Positions 1 to 11,557 of a stretch of 64,000 nt of DNA are shown here, in pieces. Both the position numbers and the translations under genes were made by a program. The stretch is taken from positions 309,064 through 373,063 of the forward strand of contig RHPI01000797.1 of assembly GCA_009103225.1 (NCBI GenBank), given 5' to 3'. Position 1 is the stretch's first letter; every line of letters begins with the position of its first letter. Origin of the DNA: Chlorokybus atmophyticus. Lineage: Eukaryota > Plantae > Mesostigma and Chlorokybus algae. The notes beneath the pieces were generated by a model. It saw nothing but the letters and a program-made list of their open reading frames with translations, was not told where the DNA came from and searched no databases.

Positions 1-119
1 GGCAGCACGCTTGTTGGCAGGGCTCGTGCGTGCACACATGGTTTGAGAGCAACACGCATGTACATGCCCCAAGACCAACATAACTCTCACTGTGTGTCTG
101 TACTCGTGTACGTAGTGAG

Positions 120-1135
120 GCGTCTTCACCATCGCCGGCAGTATCGGCGTCGTCGCTGAAGAGCGTGTTAGACGTCCCGCCGCTGTCGCCAGATGAGGTC
201 AAGGCCGGCCGTGCACGCCGAGCACGCACTCAATACGCGCAACCCGTCTTCGTGCGCGAGGGAGACCCCGTCCCTGAAGGTGAATACTGTTATTGGTATA
301 CTTACTAAGTAATGGTTTGTATGCAAACGCGCGTACACACACACGCACGCACGCACGCGCGCATGTGTGCCCGTGAGCGCACCCACGCACATGGCATACA
401 CACATTTGGCAAAGCTTATGAACAGGGGTACTTGCATGCATGCTCACGAAGTATGTTTGTGTGCATGCGCGCACACACACACACGCACTTAACAGCGCAA
501 TACTACACCATCAGGTGTGGATCCAGCAGTTGTCATGGAGATCCCGAGGGACCATCCGTTCTTTGCGGGCGCGGGAGCGGAGTTGTCTACCGAGGAGGAG
601 GAGGTGCTGAGGCAGAGGCTCATGGCGCGACGGCCACCAAGGCAGCGCGTGAGGATCGAAGGGGATGCCGACTCGCCACTATCACAGGTATGTGGAATGT
701 TGTTGTGCAACACGCGCAGCCACAAGACAGGAACTCACACAATGCGTGCACATGGTAACTCACATACGCGTGCACACGGGCGCACACAACGTCACCATGT
801 GCCTTGCGTGCTGTTCTGTGCGATGTTTGATACACATGCTGCACATGCTCTGTTATCATGCAACTCAGTAACCAAGCAGCTTGCGTAGAATGGCGTGCAG
901 ACAGTCAGTCAAAGGCAAAATGTAGGCATAAACTTTGAATACTGAACTATTGTGTGCAAAGGCATCCAGCGAGAGGGAACGCATGGTGCAGGACTCCATC
1001 TCCAAGAAGCGCGAGAAGTACAGCGGGTTGTCGGACGAGGAGCGGTTAAACCCCAAGTTTGAGAAGCCCGTGTACATCGACCCTAAGTCCGACGGCGGCA
1101 ACAACGACATACCCAACCCGAGGCGCGCGTCGTGA
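120..1135 (+). CDS. Hypothetical protein, 3' part only (5' end lies left of the window)
   Basis: Three phase-compatible GT-AG exons (about 120/172-280, 515-687, 962-1135) read ...VFVREGDPVPE|GVDPAVVMEIPRDHPFFAG...DSPLSQ|ASSERERMVQ...PNPRRAS*. Family not recognised; the left boundary is uncertain. Confidence 0.55.
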
Positions 1136-2904
1136 CACGAGCAGCGTTGTTTAGGTTAAGACAGTACCCCTGGTGCATGTGTACGCTCAAAGTTTTGGTA
1201 AAAGTAGTCTGGTCAGGTAGGTGATGTAGTCAGGACATTACAGACAAGGTCGTTTTGGTTCAAGTTGTGGCACAGGCTCTCAAGGTGGTTTGGATGTCGT
1301 CACACAAACTCAGTCTGTTTGCAATGGTCCTGCAATGGATGCACGTCGTGCTGGACATGTTGCCTGGTCTTCGGGCACATCAGGTCGCGCACTTGTGCCT
1401 GCTGTTCACATGTCATGTTTGACGGTGTGCAACGCAATAACGGCGGCAATGATGCCATAAGTACACGCCATACAACGAAATGTACGAGTACAGCAATGCA
1501 TCGCAGGGCACTGCAAACATCAGTTTTCGTGCCTGTGAGTGGGTGGGGCTTTGAGTGCACACTTCCGAAAGCCGCAGGCTTACAACTTTGATTGTTGCCT
1601 GCCAACTCGCCATCTCATGAGTGTTGGCTTTATGAAATTTCGATTAGTTACAAGGTGGCGAATTTCTGCAGTTGCCGCGAATGACACCAAGTCGCTGCTG
1701 GAAGCCTACGGAAGCAGCAATACGTATCACACACATGCACACACATAACGGTACACGACGCGACGTGCAAAGGCACCCCACAACATAGTCCTACATGAGC
1801 TCATGGTGTCTGCAAGCAAAAACAGATGCAGGAATGGTCCTATGCCAGCAAGAATGCAAAGAGTGCACATGGATGTTTGTCCACGCGCTCTGTGTAAAGT
1901 TGACAGGCACGCAGGATGTGCATGCCTGTGCGTGCACATGCATCCAGCTGCAGATACTGATAAGGGGGTGCACCATAAAATCACCAAGAATGAAAGCAGA
2001 TCAACGAAGGGACACGATGATACATTACAACAGCAAGATCAACGTTGTTACCATATGCACGAACAGGTGCGCAGACATGTATGCACTACTTGCATCCGGG
2101 CTCGCCCTGCAGCTGTACATCACTCCTGAGCAAGCTGTTGGTGCGCGCACTAGCAAAAGAATAGGATTTACACCTATGTGCATGGACAACTTGGACCACA
2201 CGTAAACCATCATATTGACATGCAGACCAACAGTTCAAGATGCACAGTGAGCGCGAACTTGCAATAAAGTAAAGGCTATCCGTTCACAACAACAGCGTTC
2301 CCATTGCACTGCAGGAGACAACCAACGATGATTACTCAAGCTGGTTTAACTGCCAATGTCGGCGAGGGCTTGTAAGCTTGGGGACCACCTGCAGTTGAAG
2401 GTAGACAACACACACTCGAAGAGAACAACAGAAACTTAGAAAAAGAGACAATTGCAACACAACCAACACACAAAGACGCACACAAACAGAAACTTGCTGT
2501 CCCACATTAACACCATGATGCTGGCACGCAACAGCCAGAGAGTATCAGATGAACATGGAGGCTGGCAACAGCAAGGCGCGCATAGCACATCAAATCGAAC
2601 ACAGCAATGCCAGAAGTGCAACAGCGATTAGCAACTAATCAACTTCAGTAACTGGCTTCAATGGCTGGGTTTCAGCGTTTTACACTAGATTCGGTCAGTC
2701 CGCAACCAATGCTCCTCCCAGAAACAAAGCACAGCTGGCTAATACATACCTCTCAACGCTTGCTTTACGCCATTCCTAGCGTGTGTATGACACCTTAAAC
2801 AAACTGTCCTATGAGGACTGTTAGAAGAAAGCATATGCAATCAGCAGCACCCACGCAGGCAACTAAACAAGCAAAAGTGAAAGTGACAGCTTCCCAAAAA
2901 TTGG

Positions 2905-2924
2905 TGGTGTTTAAAAAAACACCA
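2905..2924 (-). terminator. Histone mRNA 3' stem-loop (SLBP-type element, extended stem)
   Basis: The minus strand reads AAT-GGTGTTT-TTTT-AAACACC-ACCAA about 95 nt after the H3 stop: a 7-bp GG...CC stem (8 with the flanking T/A), a 4-U loop and an ACCAA tail. Confidence 0.75.
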
Positions 2925-3017
2925 TTGACAGTGGGTCGGGCACGCCCACAGCAGGATTATGTGCGTCCTGCACACAGCAGCATCTTGCAGCAGCAAAAAG
3001 GAGCTCAGGCAGTCCAA

Positions 3018-3446
<429 letters not shown>

Positions 3447-3569
3447 CTACAAGCACAACACCGCCGCTGACGACAGCACCCACTACACCACCGACGATGA
3501 CGAGCAGAACAGCTACAGGCACAGATAGCTGCAAGCTTAGACTGCCTCAACTTGTGGCTGAAGCAAGGC

Positions 3570-3650
3570 TTTATACTCAGCCGCCAGTTGCAAAATTGAA
3601 ACGTTGGAATGTTAGGCGGGAGTTTGTGTGCTTTGAGGTTTCCGACCAAT
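3570..3650 (-). promoter_or_regulatory. H3 core promoter: TATA box and CCAAT box
   Basis: TATAAA on the minus strand at 3570-3575, about 140 nt upstream of the ATG; CCAAT at 3646-3650. Confidence 0.5.
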
Positions 3651-4420
3651 CAGCAGCGAGAGAAGCGGCAGAACCCGGCTCGAGAGGGTTGTAGGCCAAC
3701 GGCTGAGTAAAAGTTTGCCGTAAATTCAATTTACTGAACTTGAACTTCGCGCTTGAATCAGCTCAGCTCAGCTGAGCACAGCCGCTGGTCACGAGATTCC
3801 TGAACCCAGATCACCCTTGAGTAAGTCGGTATATATAATTCATACGGTATACATGATACATAAATCACATAGCAAAAGTTATAATAAAACATTCCAGAAG
3901 TTTTGCACCAACATGACACGGACCCTACCCTGCACATCACGAGGACTGCAATGCAACGGAAACCTTGCATACGCGATGGTGTGATGCATTGCATTTTTAT
4001 ACTGATGAGTAAATTTTATTGTATAGCGTGCTGCAAATGGATGAATTGAAAGTCATGCATTCTCCATCAAACATAAGTGCCATGTGCTTCATTCACATGC
4101 AATGCGAATGTGTAAAGAGGTATTGTATAGCATTGCACCTTGCTTTGAGAGCCTTGTCGGTTGTGATGCCGTGTTGTACGAAGCATACTGCAACGAAGCA
4201 TGTAATAGTTTACTTAAAGCCTTTGAATGTAGTGACAGAGGAAGCTCCGCGATAACTTGGCAGGGTTACGGGGCACACCCAAGGGGCCTTGATTGCTCTG
4301 TGAGGTATTAAGTCGTAAAGCAAAGTCGTGTCTCGAGGTTGTTAAAGATAAAACGAATCCAGTGTTTATGCTAGAGGTCGTGTCGGAGCCTCACATTTGT
4401 TGTTTATACTTGTGTATTCA

Positions 4421-4660
4421 TATTTGCTGCTATGAATCATGATGCACTTGAGCCTACACAATGCGATCGCTTGCCTTGTATTGGTAGGTAGCTGTGCGCA
4501 TTAATATAAATTTGATTAAGATAATGTATTCAATTTTTGCTATTGCTATGAATTGTGATGCATCTGAGCCTCCACACCTAGGTCACTTGCCTTGTATTGA
4601 GAGATCGCTGTGCTCATCTGATATTGGTTTGACTAAGGCAACACATCTTATTGATGGCCT
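4421..4660. repeat. Degenerate direct repeat, two units of about 115-120 bp
   Basis: Shared blocks GCTATGAAT..TGATGCA..TGAGCCT.CAC.....CTTGCCTTGTATTG...GCTGTGC.CAT occur from about 4427 and again from about 4545. Confidence 0.5.
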
Positions 4661-6119
4661 CCTCTCCAGTACAGAGCCGGCTGCTGCCACCAGAGTTTCA
4701 AGCGTGTTGGCAGGTCCCCTACCTAACCTATGCACATCAGCAGCCAATCTTTGCATTTCAAGCTGCTGTGTCCATTTGAGCCGCCTACAGATTTTGATGT
4801 GCAACACCAGCTCAATTACAGCAGGGCACAACATGTATGCTAGCATAACCATTACTGCGCTTGGTTGCATACTAGTAAGAGGCTATGGCTAATACGCAGT
4901 AAACCAGCCATGTTACAGACTGAATAATCAAAGCACAAAGTTGCGTACCACCCTCATCTATGCCAGCTCTGCATCAATCCTCATGACGACCAACTTCCTG
5001 CACCAACAGTCCAGGTCAAGTCCAATGCTGCGCTCCACAAATACCAAAGTGCACAAGAGTGCATGCATTGTGGAAGGCACAAAAAGGGTGACGTGTGCGA
5101 TGATCCCTCATGTTGCAAAGTTGTCAACAGCAGTTGTCAGCTAGAGCTAATATGCATATCAATAATCATTGGGATCATCTTCGCACAGGCACCATGCAAA
5201 ATCCCAATACAGAGTACAGACCTGCAAGTTGTGGCCTCAGTGGTTTATGACTGCAGCTACCTGTCACACTGAATCTCGTCTGCCTGTTACACAAACCTGC
5301 TGACGCAACCTCGGTAAGAGCAAGCAAAATGACACTCTGCAAAACCTATTGTGCTCATGCAATGTCCACAATCGAGTCTGGTTCCTGAGCAGTTGGTTCA
5401 GCAGCCATCAGCCTCAGGACAAGTAACAATCCAAAATGGGCTGATGGCGTTAAAGGCGCTGCAGCTCAGAGGAACATACGCTGCTCGACTGAGGTTTCCT
5501 CTCGCACAGCTATGACTCGTGTACCATCCATAGCAAAAAGCCAACGGAATGGTGCTCTTAAGGACTGTGCGTTGCAACTACCGTGCACTTCTGCTGTGTG
5601 CACATGTCACATGTGAAAGCGCACTCACATGGTTTGCTTGCAGCCTCCTGCAGTCAACCGGCTGAAGGTCAGAACGGCCTTGCTTCCATTTACATGCTTC
5701 CCTGGGCTGTAGTCTACAGAAGCCACTTCATAGGGAGGCTTGCAGAACCCCTTTCGGCGATAAATATCTGCAAACGAGCACGAGATTGCTCAGCATCGAT
5801 AGAATGTTGCCGTAAACCCGGATCAAGCTAACGGTAACTCTGAAAGCATGTGGCATGCCAAGGAGAAAAGAACAGAGGACATCACGACAGAACCATGTAA
5901 AACATCAAAAAATACGCTCACCATGTGCATGGTGGCAGCCATCCACGCAGCAACGTGTAAGCCTTTGGTGCGAGGCACACACTACCCGCCATGCAAGTCA
6001 GCTTGGCGCACCCTTTTCACTATAAGCAGGCGCGGCTCAAGACAGCTCTTCCAAGTCAGCCTACCTGCCTGACGCCCCAAACCAACTACATGACAGCAGC
6101 GGCAGCGGCGGGCCTCACT

Positions 6120-6151
<32 letters not shown>

Positions 6152-6262
6152 TAAACTTTGCGTGCTACACAGCGTTGTTGCGACAACGCTGCAGCTCACC
6201 CTTCCTGTTGCATGCGTCCACATCGCAAGAACGCTACCGACAACGCTGTCAACTGGCTCAGC

Positions 6263-7694
6263 ATGGCGTCAGCGGCGGCGGCGGCGCAAGCGGTGGCCGG
6301 CTCGGCTGCTGTTAGACCAGCTCTGCAGCCGCGGAGAGTGCATGCTTCTCCGGTGCAGCTGGTACAGCCCCGCAGGAGCTTGGTGCTGCAGCAGCGCAAT
6401 GGTGGTCGGTTGCTGGTCAGGGCAGGCGGTGAAGAGGCCAACCACTTTCAGGAAGAGAGATTTGTTTCTGTGCAGGATGTACTGAAAGAGGTGAGCGGAG
6501 TTTGTGAGATGCACATCACTTCACTTTGTGTTGCGGGGCATGCACGAACACAAGTTTGTTTGGTTGGGTTGGTGTCCGACACCTCTGTGCGGACAATGCA
6601 GGCCAGTCAAAGCCATGCTGGCGACTTTGTATTCGAGGAGGCTGATGATGACGATGAAGAAAGCAGCGAGGTGGCCACTTCACCAGGTAAACTGCACCAT
6701 TTGGTGGTTAGGGCAAGGGTGCAGCTTCTGCTATAACGGCCAAGCTCAGTGTCAGTCTTGCACTGCTATCCCAATAGCCCTATGCATCCTTGTTGGAGCT
6801 CTACGGAGGATGCATGGCACTTGAGCACTGGATTTAAGCTACCATATCTTGTTGTTGCAACGGTGGTTGTTGCTCAACACGGGTCGACAGGTTTTGCTAA
6901 TTGTACGAGCAATATCTGATTGCATGTTTTCAGTCGGCATGCACGAGTTATAGTCAGAAAACAGGAACCGTGACTTTGACAGCAAAGCTTACGGGACGGT
7001 GCTGTGCAGGCGTTTCTATGCCGTCCGCAAGCACCGTCGATACAGTTTTGTCAGCATATGAGAAGGCTGACCCAGGTATGGCTTGTTGCTTTGTGCATGC
7101 ACCATTTAAGCCTAGACAGACTCTGTATAGGCTTGCACAATTGGTTGCCTGACTCTTTTCAATGCCAGTCCCGATGAAGAACATGACTGTGCAAGAGTTG
7201 CAAGAGCTTCGCGCAGTAATGGACCACGAGGATGATGAGTCGCCTTACTTGATTGATGTGCGAACACCAGAAGAGTATGCCAACGGGTAAGGCACTCTGG
7301 GCTTGGATTGTTACACAACCTAGACAACTTATTACTCACAGCTTGTCAACCATGACAAGCCCGTGTATGGTACATGTACGCGGTTCACAACACCATTCAC
7401 GCAGCTGCTGTGACAGTACTGCTGCGCTAAGCAGTCAACACTTACAGCATGACGCTGTACTGCAGGCATGTGCCAGGCGCAGACAATCTCCCTTTGCAAC
7501 AGCTGGAGTACCTGGCAGATGTAGCGGAGAACAAGGAGAAGTTGCATTCGAGGCCGGTACACGTCATTTGTCAAGCAGGTATCCGCAGCGTCAAGGCCTC
7601 CAACATCCTTATCCAAAAAGATTGCAATGATGTAACAAACATACTGGGGGGCACGGGGGCATGGGTTCAGGCTGGTTTTGAAGTAGAGAAGTAA
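6263..7694 (+). CDS. Rhodanese (sulfurtransferase) domain protein, probably plastid-targeted
   Basis: Ala/Arg/Ser-rich N-terminus (MASAAAAAQAV...RLLVRA), then an acidic linker. The last two exons give LIDVRTPEEYANG|HVPGADNL...HVICQAGIRSVKAS...ILGGTGAW, with active-site loop CQAGIRS. About 5 exons. Confidence 0.9.
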
Positions 7695-7931
7695 GGCGAT
7701 AACAATTGTGGCCACAATGCCATGTGGATATACAGTTTTGTTAGCAACTATGATGGACGCCAATGGGATGGACGGTGATTCCTTAGCCATTCACCGTGAT
7801 GACGCCCGCAAGGTCGCAAGTTACTAGTTGCGTTTCAGGCCACATTTTCTTTTTCAAGTTGCAAGCAAGCCGAGCAAGAGAAGCTTGCCGTTCGCAAGTT
7901 ATTTCGCCTTACTCACATGTTAACACTAATG

Positions 7932-7969
7932 CTAGGGATGTGCACGCTTAAGTGCAGTAACATCCCTAG
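7932..7969. repeat. 38-bp inverted repeat with hAT-like termini
   Basis: CTAGGGATGT at 7932-7941 and ACATCCCTAG at 7960-7969, with inner GCAC/GTGC pairing. No 8-bp target-site duplication. Confidence 0.4.
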
Positions 7970-8293
7970 TACTAGGCGTTGTAAAGTAGGCCGTGTATAA
8001 AAGGGCGTAGAGTTAGAGCGACTCTTTACGTGCTGTACACACCCAAGTTTGCAGTGGCATGCATGACATCATAAAGCCAAGCATCAGGTGTGCGTAAACA
8101 TGCTCAGTGTGAAGCACGCCCGTGATACTCACAGCTAAAAAGCAAACCAATCAGCTGCAAACATACAAACACGATAAGCATAGACGGGCTGGCCTAAGCC
8201 TATAGCAAACACTTTCAACGTTATCACCAGATGTTGGCGAGCTTGCTGCTTGTGCAGCCCGCCACCCACACCAGAGGTTGCTGGCTGCTGCGT

Positions 8294-8765
8294 GCATAGG
8301 GTATGAGTCATTTGTCATACATGCGCTCAGTCTGTGCACACACACAGACCAACGCCCATGTGGGCAGGTGATTACCAACTGCATATTGACTGCTGCATGT
8401 CTAACGGGGTAGAGGCAGTAGATTAGCGTGCTAGTAGTAGCCCGGTGGTCAACAAATTGTCATTTGTACGACACCTTGCATGTGTTGCTGCGTGCTGACT
8501 GAACTACACGTTATGCATGCGCATGCATGTCCTGCATTTGATGTACACGTTATGCATGCGCATGCATGTCCTGCATTTGATGTACACACATACACGCACT
8601 ACCAAAGCATATCCAGCCAGCCAGCACAGCGCCACATTTACATTACACCCGAGGCCATCACACTGGCTTATTCTATGTGCAATGCAAATGCCGTGAAGGA
8701 GGAGCCAGCAGCAGCAGGCAGCAGCAGCAAGTAACACCAACCAACTTGAGTGCACAAGTGTGCAT
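8294..8765 (+). repeat. Dispersed repeat, copy A (homologous to 28840-29570)
   Basis: Colinear shared blocks: GCATAGGGTATGAGTC, CAGTCTGTGCACACAC, CTAACGGGGT, CCCGGTGGTCAAC, CACCCG.GGCCATCACACT, CACCAACCAAC.TGAGTGCACAAGTG. Confidence 0.7.
8505..8587. repeat. Perfect 39-bp tandem duplication
   Basis: TACACGTTATGCATGCGCATGCATGTCCTGCATTTGATG occurs twice (starts 8505 and 8544). Confidence 0.9.
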
Positions 8766-9052
8766 GTTGTATGAGCGTGACACTACTTGCATGTAATATG
8801 CATGCGCCACCCCACATCGCATTTTGTGTACCCACAACCACCCCCCTGCGCACCTGAATGCGAATGACACTGAGCAGACTGCCTTGTGGGTAACTGCAGT
8901 GCAGCGCCGTTAGATATGTAGGGTTTTACGAATGGTTACGTATAAGGTGCAAACGAGGGGTCCCCAGTATGAGTTGCAAGCCGACGCATGTGTATGTCTG
9001 CTGGTGCCGTGTGACACAGCAATGACATGCAGACGACATGTATTGTGCAATA

Positions 9053-9414
9053 CCGTATTTGCCCGGATAGAAGCCCCCCCTTTTTACAGAAGCCCACACC
9101 TTCAATCAAGGGGGCTTGTATTCGGGGGGGGCTTCTATTGGAAAAGGGGGGCTTCTACTCGGCGCAAGTTACGCTGTCAATTGGCTGAGTCGCGCGCGTT
9201 AAGCGTAATCCGACACTTGACGCGCGCGAGTCCCACGCAGGACAGCGTAATTCACGCGCGTCAAGCGTAACCCAGGCAGCACAACGCGGGCCATTGAGTC
9301 ATGTGGGGGCTTGTAAACGGTCGGGGGGGCTTGTAGGTGATGACATAAGCCCCCCACCCTTTTTTGCCAGGTCGGGGCTTGTATTCGGGGGGGCTTGTAT
9401 CCGGGCAAATACGG
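9053..9414. mobile_element. Non-autonomous Tc1/mariner-type MITE (Tc2/pogo-like TIRs), 362 bp
   Basis: TIRs of about 28 bp: CCGTATTTGCCCGGATAGAAGCCCCCCC and GGGGGGGCTTGTATCCGGGCAAATACGG (one mismatch). TA target-site duplication at 9051-9052 and 9415-9416. Repeated internal GGGGCTT(G/C)TA motifs; no ORF. Confidence 0.9.
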
Positions 9415-11557
9415 TAGTGTGTTCGTTCTTGCATTCTTCATACATGCAAAATTTCGTTCACGGCAGTGCACGACGAGTCCATTGTGCTGGATTCATTTCA
9501 GGACTCACATTGGGACGTATTGCTATTTGTACATACAATCACGTGCTACATTTGGTCTTGTAACGTATTGTGTACATGATATTTATGGTAATGGGGTTGT
9601 TAAAAACACAAGAAGCGATACCTATACACATCATTATTTCTGAATGTGCTACACATAATATGATGTGTGCGAATTGCTAGTGCAATATCATAACCACATG
9701 GTGTGTGCATCTATTGCGTTGTAGATACTGAGATGCCATATTATTGTATTAGTAAAGTGCCCATACGGGGTATCGACTTTGTATGAATAACGTACTAGTT
9801 ATTAATTATATGGTTGCATCATGCGGGCATGCATTACAACACAATACATACGCGTGTATGCAGGCATGCATTACAAGCAGTTATTGCATGCGGCAATAAT
9901 GCGTGCACCAGAGGTAATCCCCGCTTTTTGCGGGTCATTTCGTACCGCGCGCCACCAGCAATTAACATTTTGGTGACGCGCGGTGCAATATCGCCCTATA
10001 CTTGGGGCAAGGGCATGTTTCTGGCGGTGGGCCCAAACATGCGCGCATGCAAGAAGAATGCATTGCAACGTAATATATGCGCGCATATCCGCGCATGCAT
10101 CTGCGTTGGGAGCCGCGGTGCACTATAAATATAATCATTGAATCTACCCCAACATTCTTTTGCGTATGGGGTAACCCCATGACATACTTTCAGCTAAGCG
10201 ATCGACTTTCAATCCATAAAACAAGTGATAAGATTGGATTATCTGCTTTGTGCATTGAAGCTCTTATTAAAATTCCCGTACGCAACCACATGTCGTCCCA
10301 TATTGCAGGACCTACAGTCAAGTCTCGTTAAGTGTATGTTCGATGAATACATAAATTTCGCCGTCATCGACGGCTTCATGGGTAATACCTGTGCGTTAAG
10401 AGCATATGCAATTATATATGAATAAGTGCATTTTATAAGATGCCTAACCTTTGGTGTGCTTATGCACTTATCAAGGCCTAACCACGTAATTTAAGGTTAC
10501 GGTTACGCAATAAGCATACCATGCGCTTATGCCAAGTACATGCGCATGATACATGCGCTTGAAGCGGGTGTATAATTATTCACTTATTCACACGAGTGTG
10601 CATCAATGCGATACGTGCATACGCCCGATCCCGATGATTGCTTACTGAGGTTAGCCTGTAGCTGGTAGCAGAGACGTTTATAGACGGCTCGACACGGTCA
10701 GTAAGCCGTACAAACCGCGTCAATTCCAAGGTGCACCGACGCATTAGTTCAATTCAAAAAAGATGCAACGTTGCGCGGCTGGCATAAAGCTGGCTAGCAT
10801 CTTGACTGAATGAATCCTGCACGTCGTACCCTTCTGAAGTCAATAGCGTTTTGGCATGCTGTTGCGTACAGCCTACGCGCGGCTACAACGCCATGACGAA
10901 CGCTCCTTTGGTCCTAGTACCTAGGCCCTAGTTGCTAAGCCCTATGCTCGCAATAGGCCCTACGGTGGCCCGGAGCGCGTCGCAAATGGTGGTGGCAACT
11001 CGCCGCCCACCACTGCCCGAGCCAACTGCTGCAACAATGCTCTCCATCGAGAATGCAGCTTTGCGTCCTAGGCTGCTGTGTACCAAGCTGAGAGCTAATC
11101 AAGCAGAACAAACCACACAAAGCATAGAGTAACAATCAAGTACAGCTGGCATAGCTGAGCTGGGCGCAAAGCGACAAACAAGTGCAAGGTGCACCCGGTG
11201 CTGAGTTTAGCTTTAGCTTGAACGTTGAGCAAGGTGGGGGTCCCTCCATCATGGCAGCAGGGTGCATTCAAAGCAGCAAGCAGTGAGGCGGCATCAATCA
11301 TAAGGGGCTCTTGTTCTCAAGCAGGCAAGCTGTCCAGAGGCCATTGGCCAAGCAACTTGTAGCAAGCACGGTGACGGTGGTCCTCCTCCTCCTGCTCCGC
11401 TTGTAACGGCTATGCTTAATGCTGGCAGTGTTTGAACGCTTCAAATAAGCAATGGCCTTGGCCATGGCCACTACCGCAGTGGCTTTCTTACTTGTGGCCT
11501 GGCCTGGCCCGGCCTGGCTTGCAACCATTGCAGTGGCCTGGTGCTTGAGTAGAAGCT

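Noticed and set aside
1265-2620. Scattered minus-strand segments with AG/GT borders
   Set aside because: Could not be joined into a consistent ORF with a start codon or a recognisable domain.
4000-4075. CTGATGAG as a hammerhead ribozyme core (also at about 22415 on the minus strand)
   Set aside because: No stem II followed by GAAA and no flanking helices.
4900-6200. Possible spliced transcript divergent from the rhodanese gene (RCCVDGCHHAHDIYRRKGFC segment; an ATG-TAG mini-ORF after a GCG run)
   Set aside because: The open frame has an upstream stop and no ATG, and downstream exons do not stay in frame. At most a non-coding or decayed transcript.
9925-9990. CCCCGC-TTTTT-GCGGG and neighbouring hairpins resembling bacterial terminators
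   Set aside because: No bacterial-type genes nearby; more likely part of a degraded repeat in the 9.4-10.9 kb island, whose ends I could not define.
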